Source: a virus
Virus record (IMG/VR): IMGVR_UViG_3300020165_000003
DNA: 40,162 bases
Strand: one strand, 5' to 3'
Shown: positions 17,291-24,986 of the stretch, in pieces
Layout: each line of letters opens with the position of its first letter
Numbering within the stretch: position 1 is the first letter of the stretch
Notes under the pieces: generated by a model
What the model saw: only the letters and a program-made list of their open reading frames with translations
The model's database searches: none
What the model was told of the DNA's origin: nothing
Translations under genes and position numbers: made by a program

Positions 17291-17929
17291 ATGAAGTTAA
17301 AAGAATTAAAAGAGTCGGTAGGTTCATTAAGTGCGCCTTCAAAAATGCCTTGTAGCGGTTATTCGATTCCCGCAAAAGAATGCAAGGTAGGTTCTCGTTT
17401 AATAGACGTAGAAAATAGCACTTGTAGTGGGTGCTATGCTTTAAAAGGAAGATATGTATTTCCCAACGTGCAGAACGCAATGTATAATCGTTATAATTCC
17501 CTAATGAATGATATAGATTTATGGGAAAAAAACATGACAACTTACATAGGGAAATATCGCAAAGGCGATAAGAGATATTTTAGATGGCACGATAGCGGTG
17601 ATCTTCAAAGTATCAATCACTTATCTGCAATAAACAACATAGCTTTATCTTTAGATGGTGTGCAATTTTGGTTGCCAACAAGAGAGATAAAAATTGTAAG
17701 AACTTGGCAGAAACTATATGGTGAATTTGCGCCTAACTTAATAGTAAGAATATCTGCACATATGAACGATGCACAACCTAACCACAATATTACGGGTTAT
17801 GCTTCAGGCGTTATCGATAAAAACACAGAATTAAATGGAAGAAAATGTCCCGCTCCTAATCAAGATAATGAGTGCAAAGATTGCAGAGCGTGTTGGACTG
17901 CTGAGACAGTTCTTTATCACAAGCACTAA
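17291..17929 (+). CDS. Cys-rich phage protein (Gp88 / CxxCYA-type), about 212 aa
   Basis: PCSGYSIP..C..STCSGCYALKGRY, RWHDSGD, C-terminal CPAPNQDNECKDCRACW. The ORF-track start at 17276 is a TTG; ATG 17291 preferred. Confidence 0.4.
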   Translation: MKLKELKESVGSLSAPSKMPCSGYSIPAKECKVGSRLIDVENSTCSGCYALKGRYVFPNVQNAMYNRYNSLMNDIDLWEKNMTTYIGKYRKGDKRYFRWHDSGDLQSINHLSAINNIALSLDGVQFWLPTREIKIVRTWQKLYGEFAPNLIVRISAHMNDAQPNHNITGYASGVIDKNTELNGRKCPAPNQDNECKDCRACWTAETVLYHKH

Positions 17930-18013
17930 CATAAAAGTAGTCGATAAATTAGACATCGAAGACTTAGAATTTGAATCAATTTTTAATCATAAATAATAAC
18001 TAAACAATTCATT

Positions 18014-18211
18014 ATGACTACCAATCAATTCGCTAAGAAATTAGCAGTAATCGCAAACGAAAGTGGATTCTTGTATAAGGATATGCTTGACCAAGACACG
18101 TTGTTTGAACTTGCAGATTCTATCGCAAATCTTTTGATAGAAGCGAACAAAGATAACTCAGTATCAACGAAGACATTGTTGGAATTTAACCACGTTTTTT
18201 CAGTAAAATAA
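18014..18211 (+). CDS. Hypothetical protein, 65 aa
   Basis: ORF. Confidence 0.5.
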   Translation: MTTNQFAKKLAVIANESGFLYKDMLDQDTLFELADSIANLLIEANKDNSVSTKTLLEFNHVFSVK

Positions 18212-18216
18212 AGACC

Positions 18217-18396
18217 ATGATAGACTACAGAATTTCATATGTTAATAGTTATGGAGAGGAGCGCATTGCTCCTTTCATTTTTAGCAACATTGCAGAAGCA
18301 AGACAAACAAGAAAATTGTATCAAGAAAAAGGATACCATTCGATAAGTATTCTTGCGTATAGAACGGAAGACAATAACCCTATAAACAACAAATAA
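18217..18396 (+). CDS. Hypothetical protein, 59 aa
   Basis: Hand-translated MIDYRISYVNSYGEERIAPF...NNPINNK. Fills the gap between listed ORFs. Confidence 0.4.
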   Translation: MIDYRISYVNSYGEERIAPFIFSNIAEARQTRKLYQEKGYHSISILAYRTEDNNPINNK

Positions 18397-18397
18397 A

Positions 18398-18658
18398 ATG
18401 GGAGCAACTTTAGAATTTAAAGAGATAGAATCAAAAGATTTTTTAACGGCAGTTAGAAAACTTCAAGATGATTCTTATTCAAGCGATCCGTATAGCGGAG
18501 ACTTTAATACTTGTCACGAGTTCTACAATTACACATCAAAATTTGATGATGTAGACCAATTCAGTGATTGGGTAGAAGAAGATGGAGGAAAGAGAGAAGC
18601 GTATTCCTATAGATATGGAGATGGTCTTTGGCTCTTTGGCGGATGGTGCGCCTGTTAA
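18398..18658 (+). CDS. Acidic hypothetical protein, 86 aa
   Basis: ORF, D/E/Y-rich, C-terminal GGWCAC. Confidence 0.5.
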   Translation: MGATLEFKEIESKDFLTAVRKLQDDSYSSDPYSGDFNTCHEFYNYTSKFDDVDQFSDWVEEDGGKREAYSYRYGDGLWLFGGWCAC

Positions 18659-18690
18659 TCAAGAATTATTAATCTTATAATTTATATATT

Positions 18691-18993
18691 ATGTCTTATC
18701 AATCATTCAAAGACATCGTTGCTGATTTACAAAGTAGCGGTACAATTTTCGGAGCGGAGTACATCAAGAAAGATGGAACTCGCACCAAGGTAAATGGGCG
18801 TTTTGGTGTCCATAAATTCGCAAAGGGTACGGGGGTTTCTTCCCCAAAGGTGCTGACTATTTGGGACAACAATAGAAAGCGTTACACTTCACTAATTCCA
18901 GAAAGAATCTTGAGTATTTCTTGTTGGGGAAGAACGTATAAAAGCATCCCTACTATATTAAGAGAGCGGTTAGAGGATGCGACAAGCAGATAA
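18691..18993 (+). CDS. Hypothetical protein, 100 aa
   Basis: ORF. The ..KKDGTRTKVNGRFGV..TIWDNNRKRYTSL.. pattern looks like a small beta-rich phage domain, family uncertain. Confidence 0.5.
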   Translation: MSYQSFKDIVADLQSSGTIFGAEYIKKDGTRTKVNGRFGVHKFAKGTGVSSPKVLTIWDNNRKRYTSLIPERILSISCWGRTYKSIPTILRERLEDATSR

Positions 18994-19279
18994 CCTAATT
19001 ATAAAAGCAGACTTGAATCTTCTTTACGGAATCCTTGGAGAATTTGTAGAAATAGCAAAGCTCTTCGAGGATTCTAAAGAGATGCTGAAGTTGTTGCAAA
19101 AGCTTGATGGGTTTGTAGCAATACACGAAACAAGATGTAACGATTTAATGATGCTTAAAGATAAAGTAGATACTGCAAGAGCAGAATATCAAAGCTTGAC
19201 CTATAAGTATAAAGGAACGAAGGAAGCTTTAGAGCTTTTAAGGGAAGCACATAACGAATTATTAAACAGCAAATTATGA
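18977..19279 (+). CDS. Coiled-coil hypothetical protein, 100 aa
   Basis: ORF. Overlaps its neighbours at both ends. Confidence 0.5.
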   Translation: MRQADNLIIKADLNLLYGILGEFVEIAKLFEDSKEMLKLLQKLDGFVAIHETRCNDLMMLKDKVDTARAEYQSLTYKYKGTKEALELLREAHNELLNSKL

Positions 19280-19998
19280 TATTAAATGTATTGATTGCTT
19301 GTGAAGAATCTCAAGCGGTAACTAAAGAGTTTAGAGACTTAGGACACAATGCTTATTCTTGTGATATTTTACCAAGTAGTGGTGGGTATCCCGAATGGCA
19401 TATTCAAGGCGATGCTTTGAAAGTAGCATACGATTCCTCGTATGAATGGGACATTATGATTGCACATCCACCTTGCACTTATTTAGCAACGAGTGGCGCA
19501 AGATGGTTGTATAATAAAGATGGTACAAGGAACGAAGAGCGATGGGTAAAACAAGCAGAAGGCTTGGCGTTTGTTCGTAAACTAATGGAAGCACCTATAG
19601 ACTATATAGCTATAGAAAATCCAGTAAGTGTTATTAGCACTCAAATAAGAAAGCCCGACCAAATAGTTCAGCCATATCATTTTGGAGATGAGGCAAGTAA
19701 AAGAACTTGTCTTTGGTTAAAAAACCTTTCGCCTTTAATCCATACGGATGTGGTTGGGAAAGGCGAGATGAAAGAGTGGATCGATGAAAAGAGTGGTAAG
19801 ACTAAACGTCAAGCGAAGTGGTACTACGATGCTTTATTAAAAGCAAAGACTCCCGAAGAACGGAGAACCCTAAGAAGCAAAACCTTTAAGGGTATTGCTA
19901 TGGCTATGGCTGACCAATGGTCTGCCGAGATTGAGGGAGATGTGCAGATGTCTCTTGCCTTAAAAGAAATAGAAAACTTACAATTAACTTTTAAATAA
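19276..19998 (+). CDS. Divergent C5-methyltransferase-like protein, 240 aa
   Basis: IAHPPCTYLATSG (motif IV-like PPC), IAIENP (motif VI-like), C-terminal RSKTFKGIAMAMADQW. No canonical FxGxG motif I. Confidence 0.45.
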   Translation: MILNVLIACEESQAVTKEFRDLGHNAYSCDILPSSGGYPEWHIQGDALKVAYDSSYEWDIMIAHPPCTYLATSGARWLYNKDGTRNEERWVKQAEGLAFVRKLMEAPIDYIAIENPVSVISTQIRKPDQIVQPYHFGDEASKRTCLWLKNLSPLIHTDVVGKGEMKEWIDEKSGKTKRQAKWYYDALLKAKTPEERRTLRSKTFKGIAMAMADQWSAEIEGDVQMSLALKEIENLQLTFK

Positions 19999-20004
19999 AA
20001 CATT

Positions 20005-20613
20005 ATGCCTAATTGGTTTTATTTCTCTTTAGAAGTAGAGGGAAAAGAAAAAGATGTACAAGAGTTTGTACAAAATGTAAAAGGTTCAAAAGAGTTTGAT
20101 ACAGAAGCTTCAAACTTTGACTTTAACCATTTCATACCTCAGCCCGACAATATATTTAAAGACAACTTAGGGGAAAAAGAAAGGAAGGAATGTGAAGAAA
20201 AAGGTGTACCTAATTGGTACGATTGGAATGTAACTAATTGGGGAACCAAGTGGAATGCGAATGTAGATGTTGAGAATGGAGAGGGTACAAACTACCACAC
20301 CTTTCATATATCTACGGCTTGGGCGTTTCCCTCGCCTATAATAGATGTGATGCTTGATAAGTATTCCCACCTTTCCTTTCAAATAGAGGGAGAAGAGGAA
20401 AGTCAATCTTATGGTGTATATATAAAGCACGATAACGGAAACACTCAATGGTTAGAAGAAGAGGGTTTAATGGTCGATGAAGAGAATGGTCGAGAGATAT
20501 ATTATAAAGAAGACAAAGAATCTTTCTGCTACTTAGCTTATTACAAAGATGATGATAGCTTAGTTGAAGATCAAGAAGATTTTTATCCTGGAACTAAATA
20601 CTCTTGGTCGTGA
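20005..20613 (+). CDS. Api92 / DUF1281-like protein, 202 aa
   Basis: MPNWFYF.., FIPQPDNI, VPNWYDWNVTNWGTKWNA, TAWAFPSPII match my recollection of the DUF1281/Api92 family. Confidence 0.55.
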   Translation: MPNWFYFSLEVEGKEKDVQEFVQNVKGSKEFDTEASNFDFNHFIPQPDNIFKDNLGEKERKECEEKGVPNWYDWNVTNWGTKWNANVDVENGEGTNYHTFHISTAWAFPSPIIDVMLDKYSHLSFQIEGEEESQSYGVYIKHDNGNTQWLEEEGLMVDEENGREIYYKEDKESFCYLAYYKDDDSLVEDQEDFYPGTKYSWS

Positions 20614-20804
20614 AAAAAATACTTAGGAAACGTAAACACATAAGGTATCTACAATCTACCATTAGAGATTTGCATTGGGAAATAATTAATACTTCAATGC
20701 AAAGTACAAATGTAGGGTGGACAAATGAAACAACGGACTACATAGTTAATTGTGCGAAGCTTATTCGAAAGTATGAACGAAGACTTAAACTGCTAAAATA
20801 CTAA
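20604..20804 (+). CDS. Basic hypothetical protein, 66 aa (TTG start as listed)
   Basis: ORF. The listed start codon at 20604 is TTG. Confidence 0.35.
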   Translation: MVVKKILRKRKHIRYLQSTIRDLHWEIINTSMQSTNVGWTNETTDYIVNCAKLIRKYERRLKLLKY

Positions 20805-20911
20805 TGGTATTGATTTTAGACTTTATATGTTTGGCACTATCATTTTTTATAGTGCTTGGAATTTTAATTTTAATTTACGATGGAAAAGATATTTGGAGAA
20901 ATGGATGGTAA
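20804..20911 (+). CDS. Small membrane protein, 35 aa
   Basis: Hand-translated MVLILDFICLALSFFIVLGILILIYDGKDIWRNGW. TAATG overlap upstream. Confidence 0.3.
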   Translation: MVLILDFICLALSFFIVLGILILIYDGKDIWRNGW

Positions 20912-21152
20912 TATCCAAAACATTCACTCGGATGATGACTTTTGGTTTGGTCTATTTGGGAGAAAAATGGGATTAAAAAAAGTTTACCCTTTTGCGGAGG
21001 GGGACACTTACTTCACTATTGAAGATGGTCAAGTAGTAGAATCTACTTGGGATTGTGTAAGCGAGGAAATTTTTGATGATGATGTAGAAGAAATAATGCT
21101 TTACTTCAAGTCAGAAGATGATGCGAATAAATTCTTAAAACAAACGCACTGA
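20880..21152 (+). CDS. Strongly acidic small protein, 90 aa
   Basis: By my count 22 D/E versus 8 K/R. DDD clusters and aromatic residues. Confidence 0.5.
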   Translation: MEKIFGEMDGNIQNIHSDDDFWFGLFGRKMGLKKVYPFAEGDTYFTIEDGQVVESTWDCVSEEIFDDDVEEIMLYFKSEDDANKFLKQTH

Positions 21153-21153
21153 T

Positions 21154-21330
21154 ATGAAAGATAAATTTATAGCGTACTTACAAGTACAAGAGATAGGGGC
21201 TTACAATATGTTTGACCCAAGAGCAAGAGACTTAGCGCAAGAATTTTGTGAAGAGGAAATAAGCCTTAAAGATTGGGTTGTAATGATGAGAGAGTATAGC
21301 TCTTTGTATGATAAATATGTAAAAGAATAG
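21154..21330 (+). CDS. DUF5049-like small protein, 58 aa
   Basis: Hand-translated MKDKFIAYLQVQEIGAYNMFDPRARDLAQEF...YDKYVKE. The EIGAYNMFD pattern resembles DUF5049. Confidence 0.35.
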   Translation: MKDKFIAYLQVQEIGAYNMFDPRARDLAQEFCEEEISLKDWVVMMREYSSLYDKYVKE

Positions 21331-21332
21331 TC

Positions 21333-21965
21333 ATGAAGGTATTAGAATTATTTGCAGGTAGCCGTTCCATTGGAAAGGTTGCCGAGCAATTTGGTTGGGA
21401 AGTTTTCTCAGTAGATATCGAAGCCTTTGAAGGTGTAGATTATGTAACGGATATTATGGATTTTGATTACATCAATGTTCCGTTTATTCCCGATATCATA
21501 TGGGCATCGCCACCTTGCACTTCTTTTAGTGTAGCGAGTATTGGTAGACATTGGAATAAAGACCGAACTCCTAAGACTGATAACGCTATCAAGGGTATGA
21601 ATATGGTCAAGAAGACTCTGGAAATTATTCAACATTATACTTGGCACAATCCAAGACTCTACTACTACATAGAGAATCCAAGAGGTATGTTAAGGAAGAT
21701 GGACTTTATGCCTAATGATTTTAGAAAGACCGTTACATATTGTCAGTATGGAGATTCTAGGATGAAGCCTACGGATATTTGGACTAACAATAGGAATTGG
21801 ATTTCAAAGGAGCCTTGTAAGAATGGTTCGCCTTGTCACGTTTCTGCTCCAAGAGGATCAAGAACAGGCACTCAAGGTCTAAAGGGAAACTACGAAAGAA
21901 GTAAAATACCTACTGAACTATGTGTAGATGTTTTACTATCTTGTAGTAATCAATTACATTTATAG
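21333..21965 (+). CDS. Compact DNA (cytosine-5)-methyltransferase-like protein, 210 aa
   Basis: Motif I ELFAGSRS, motif IV ASPPCTSFS, motif VI IENPRG, C-terminal RSKIP. Too short for a classical target-recognition domain. Confidence 0.65.
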   Translation: MKVLELFAGSRSIGKVAEQFGWEVFSVDIEAFEGVDYVTDIMDFDYINVPFIPDIIWASPPCTSFSVASIGRHWNKDRTPKTDNAIKGMNMVKKTLEIIQHYTWHNPRLYYYIENPRGMLRKMDFMPNDFRKTVTYCQYGDSRMKPTDIWTNNRNWISKEPCKNGSPCHVSAPRGSRTGTQGLKGNYERSKIPTELCVDVLLSCSNQLHL

Positions 21966-21972
21966 TAATATA

Positions 21973-21993
21973 GGGGAGGCTCTATGCCTCCCC
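21973..21993 (+). terminator. Terminator-like hairpin
   Basis: GGGGAGGC-TCTAT-GCCTCCCC, followed by T/A-rich sequence. Confidence 0.6.
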
Positions 21994-22050
21994 TTATAAA
22001 TTATTATATTATTATTATTTATTATTATTATATTAATATATATTATAATA
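21994..22050. promoter_or_regulatory. 57-bp pure A+T tract ending in a fourth copy of TATTATAATA (22041-22050)
   Basis: No G or C between 21994 and 22050. (TTA)n-like. The palindrome ends 3 nt before ATG 22054. Confidence 0.6.
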
Positions 22051-22053
22051 CCT

Positions 22054-22821
22054 ATGACACTAACTGAAAAAAAATTGAAGGAGTTCTTTCCGACTGACAA
22101 TAGGTTCATCTTCTATGTAGCCAAGAGGTACGGAATGAGCCTGTACACTGATGACATAGTGAACGATGCGAGATACCACTCCATAGTCAACCTAACGAGG
22201 TATCTCAAGAAGTATGGGTGGGACTTCGAGTCCGAGGGAGAAGTTGTCTCAGCGGTCATGTATTCGATCCGTTATGGGATACTCCACGCTTATGGCGAGT
22301 ACAAGAAGTTGAACGAAAGGAACTTGGATATAAGACTCGCATCCGATTTTATCTTTGATGATGGCGATGAACTATACACCACCTACACTAAGAACCTTGC
22401 CGTTGAGGATGAAGAACAAGGTGGTTTAGTTTTCCTGTATAAGAATGCCGTAGAACATACGCTTACGGAATTAGAACGTAAGGTCTTGGATATGATGATT
22501 GATGGTTTCAATCTAGTAGAGATTGATAAGTGTTTAGAGTTAAAACAAGGACAGTCTTACTTAGCTAAAAAAAGAATACAAACGAGATTTAAGAAAGCAA
22601 TTAAATTAGAAAACAGAAATGAGAAACAACAAGAGTTTACCAGTGCTACTAACAAAGAACAAGTACAAAAGAATTTGCAATTTGTACGAGAGGATAACTG
22701 GTATAAATCCGTTATCGAAGACGAGAAGAAGAGAGGTCGTTATATCAAGGCAATGTCTTTTCTACATCCTGAGAAGGAAGTACAATATGAAGTATCAAAT
22801 GGTGGGGTGGTTAGCAGATAA
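22054..22821 (+). CDS. ECF/sigma-70-like transcription factor, 255 aa; last ~65 codons overlap the next gene
   Basis: Region-2-like FYVAKRYG..DDIVNDARYHSIVNL and region-4-like LTELERKVLDMMIDGFNLVEIDKCLELKQGQSYLAKKRI. Confidence 0.45.
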   Translation: MTLTEKKLKEFFPTDNRFIFYVAKRYGMSLYTDDIVNDARYHSIVNLTRYLKKYGWDFESEGEVVSAVMYSIRYGILHAYGEYKKLNERNLDIRLASDFIFDDGDELYTTYTKNLAVEDEEQGGLVFLYKNAVEHTLTELERKVLDMMIDGFNLVEIDKCLELKQGQSYLAKKRIQTRFKKAIKLENRNEKQQEFTSATNKEQVQKNLQFVREDNWYKSVIEDEKKRGRYIKAMSFLHPEKEVQYEVSNGGVVSR

Positions 22822-23086
22822 GAACCACGCAACGGTGATCCACTCAGTTAAGGTCATGAAGGATATGCTTGAAATAAAGGATGGTATGACGCTTAGTTCT
22901 ATTGAGGCATGGGAGAGGGTCTTCAATATGGAGTTCGGCTCGGAGGGTGGACTTAAACACGCATTCGAGATGCAGTTGGACAAACTCGTTATAGAGAGTG
23001 GTCTAGAACATAGCATTGTGGAAAGGCTGTTAACAAATAGAGCAGAAGATATTAGAAAATTACAACAGGATAGTGTATCTTTGTAG
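22619..23086 (+). CDS. DnaA domain-IV-like HTH DNA-binding protein, 155 aa
   Basis: LSKTRRREVVISRQCLFYILRR..MVGWLADKNHATVIHSVKVMKDML parallels E. coli DnaA LSKRRSRSVARPRQ..GRDHTTVLHACRKIE. Confidence 0.6.
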   Translation: MRNNKSLPVLLTKNKYKRICNLYERITGINPLSKTRRREVVISRQCLFYILRRKYNMKYQMVGWLADKNHATVIHSVKVMKDMLEIKDGMTLSSIEAWERVFNMEFGSEGGLKHAFEMQLDKLVIESGLEHSIVERLLTNRAEDIRKLQQDSVSL

Positions 23087-23116
23087 TAATCAAGTTTAAC
23101 TTAATACTTATAAACT

Positions 23117-23647
23117 ATGAGCAAGTATCAGTTTAAGACTACCAACATTAAGGGTAAGCAGTATGTTGAAGTCAATGAAAGAATCAAGTTCTTCCGATTG
23201 GAAGAGAAGTACAATGGTTGGTCTTTGAGTACCGAGGTGGTGCACTTAGATGAGAACTCTTGTGTTATCAGAGCGACAATCTGTAACTCAGATGGTATGG
23301 TGATCGCTACAGGATTTGCCCAAGAGGACAAGTCTTCATCCTACATTAACAAGACAAGCTATGTGGAAAATTGTGAGACTAGTGCCTGGGGCCGTGCTTT
23401 GGCTAATCTCGGTATTGGTATTGACACTTCTATTGCGAGTTCAAACGAGGTGGCCATTGCTATCGCAAAACAAAACAGTAAACCTCAAGCTTCGGCTCCG
23501 GAAACTACTTCGCTGAAAGAACTTACTGATGATGTAAAGAATCGTATGATTGAAGCAGTCAAGGATGGTAAGAAGGAAGCCGTAGAGAATGCGCTTGGCG
23601 GATACAAGGTTACTGCTAAGGTTAAGAAAGAAATTCTATCTGTCTAA
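23117..23647 (+). CDS. Rad52/Sak-like single-strand annealing protein candidate, 176 aa
   Basis: KQYVEVNERIKFFR.., ENCETSAWGRALANLGIG resembles the Rad52-type xSDAxKRAxxxxGIG signature. Two genes upstream of the exonuclease gene (23832..24590). Confidence 0.4.
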   Translation: MSKYQFKTTNIKGKQYVEVNERIKFFRLEEKYNGWSLSTEVVHLDENSCVIRATICNSDGMVIATGFAQEDKSSSYINKTSYVENCETSAWGRALANLGIGIDTSIASSNEVAIAIAKQNSKPQASAPETTSLKELTDDVKNRMIEAVKDGKKEAVENALGGYKVTAKVKKEILSV

Positions 23648-23832
23648 TGAATGAAAGCACGCCAACAGGTTTAAGGATTTTGCAAGACAATTTTAAATTA
23701 GAGATTGTAAAGTCTGAAGACGAACAAGAGTTCTATTTAGTATTTGACATTTGGGGCGAAGAGATTTGTCCAATGTCTTTTTCCAGACACGAACTTGGAG
23801 ATGTTATTTATAAACTAGAAGAACTTTTATAA
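23647..23832 (+). CDS. Hypothetical protein, 61 aa
   Basis: ORF with ATGA-type overlaps at both ends. Confidence 0.45.
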   Translation: MNESTPTGLRILQDNFKLEIVKSEDEQEFYLVFDIWGEEICPMSFSRHELGDVIYKLEELL

Positions 23833-24590
23833 TGAACGCAATAGAGAAATTTAAGGATGATGAAGCATACTATGCTGACAAGGATTACTTATCCAATAGT
23901 ATGTTAAAGCTTTTAAGACAGTCTCCTACTAAGTTTCATTTAATGAGACAAGGTAAGTGGTCTTATCCCTCAGCATCTTTCTTTGATGTGGGTACAGCAC
24001 TTCATGCTTTATTTCTCGAAGGCGTTGATAAGACGATCCTTTGGAGCGGAACAAGAAGAGGTAATGATTATAAAGAGTTTAAGGCTACACACCAAGATAA
24101 GTTAGTCTTACCTAAAAAAGATTATGACCTTGTTCACGCAATGCACGATAAACTGATGAGGCTCTCGGAAGTTAGTGAATTGATGGGAGATAGTTTCGAG
24201 CCAGAAGTTCCTGGTATTATGAACTTAGTAACTGAATCTTTTGCTGAATTAAAATTTAAAGGCAAAGCAGATGCTCTAGTTAATAAGGATGGAAGAAAAT
24301 ATCTCGTAGACCTAAAGACAACTGCTAAGAGTTTAGATGACTTTAAGAAAGGTGCGAGGTGGATGATGTATAACCAACAAGCTTACTTATACAGTAGGAT
24401 TTTTGGTGTTGATGATTTTTATTTCTTGGTTATAGAGAAAGAGTTTCCTTACGAAGTAGGAATATTCAGGGCGGGTGTTGACTTCCTACTTAGTGGTCAG
24501 CACGAATTTGAAACATCCGTGAGCTTATACGAGGAACTCTTTCTTAATCAAGATTTTAACCCCTATAATGTGCGCTATGGCGAAATTTAA
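23832..24590 (+). CDS. PD-(D/E)XK exonuclease (RecE / DUF3799-like), 252 aa
   Basis: GTALHALFLEG.., GKADALVNKDGRKYLVDLKTT, NQQAYLY, FLVIEKEFPYEVGIF. Confidence 0.6.
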   Translation: MNAIEKFKDDEAYYADKDYLSNSMLKLLRQSPTKFHLMRQGKWSYPSASFFDVGTALHALFLEGVDKTILWSGTRRGNDYKEFKATHQDKLVLPKKDYDLVHAMHDKLMRLSEVSELMGDSFEPEVPGIMNLVTESFAELKFKGKADALVNKDGRKYLVDLKTTAKSLDDFKKGARWMMYNQQAYLYSRIFGVDDFYFLVIEKEFPYEVGIFRAGVDFLLSGQHEFETSVSLYEELFLNQDFNPYNVRYGEI

Positions 24591-24975
24591 TAAGTACGAG
24601 AATGTGTGTCTGCACGCTTGTTCATCCGTAACAGGTGTGAGTATTGTAGACATAATGAGCAATAATAAAAAGCAAGAGGCTGTAATGGCTAGGGCTTTGT
24701 CTTGCTCGGTATTAAAATTCTGTGGCTTTGGAATCCGTGAGATTTCAAGAATCACGAACACCGATCCTAAAGGAGTGTCTGTATATATATCCGGGCACGA
24801 TGATAGAATGGATGATGTTAGATACAAAAGGTCTTATGCAAAGGCTGTATCTTTTATTCATACATATGAAGAGTTTTCTGATGAAGGCTTGAATGATAAG
24901 GTTCAAATATTATATGAGAACCTTATGGAATTAAATGCAAAGTACGATCACCTAGAACAATTATTAATAAAGTAA
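24568..24975 (+). CDS. Second DnaA domain-IV-like HTH protein candidate, 135 aa
   Basis: VTGVSIVDIMSNNKKQEAVMARALSCSVLKF.GFGIREISRIT. Weaker than 22619..23086. Confidence 0.35.
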   Translation: MCAMAKFNKYENVCLHACSSVTGVSIVDIMSNNKKQEAVMARALSCSVLKFCGFGIREISRITNTDPKGVSVYISGHDDRMDDVRYKRSYAKAVSFIHTYEEFSDEGLNDKVQILYENLMELNAKYDHLEQLLIK

Positions 24976-24986
24976 ATTAAATCAAA

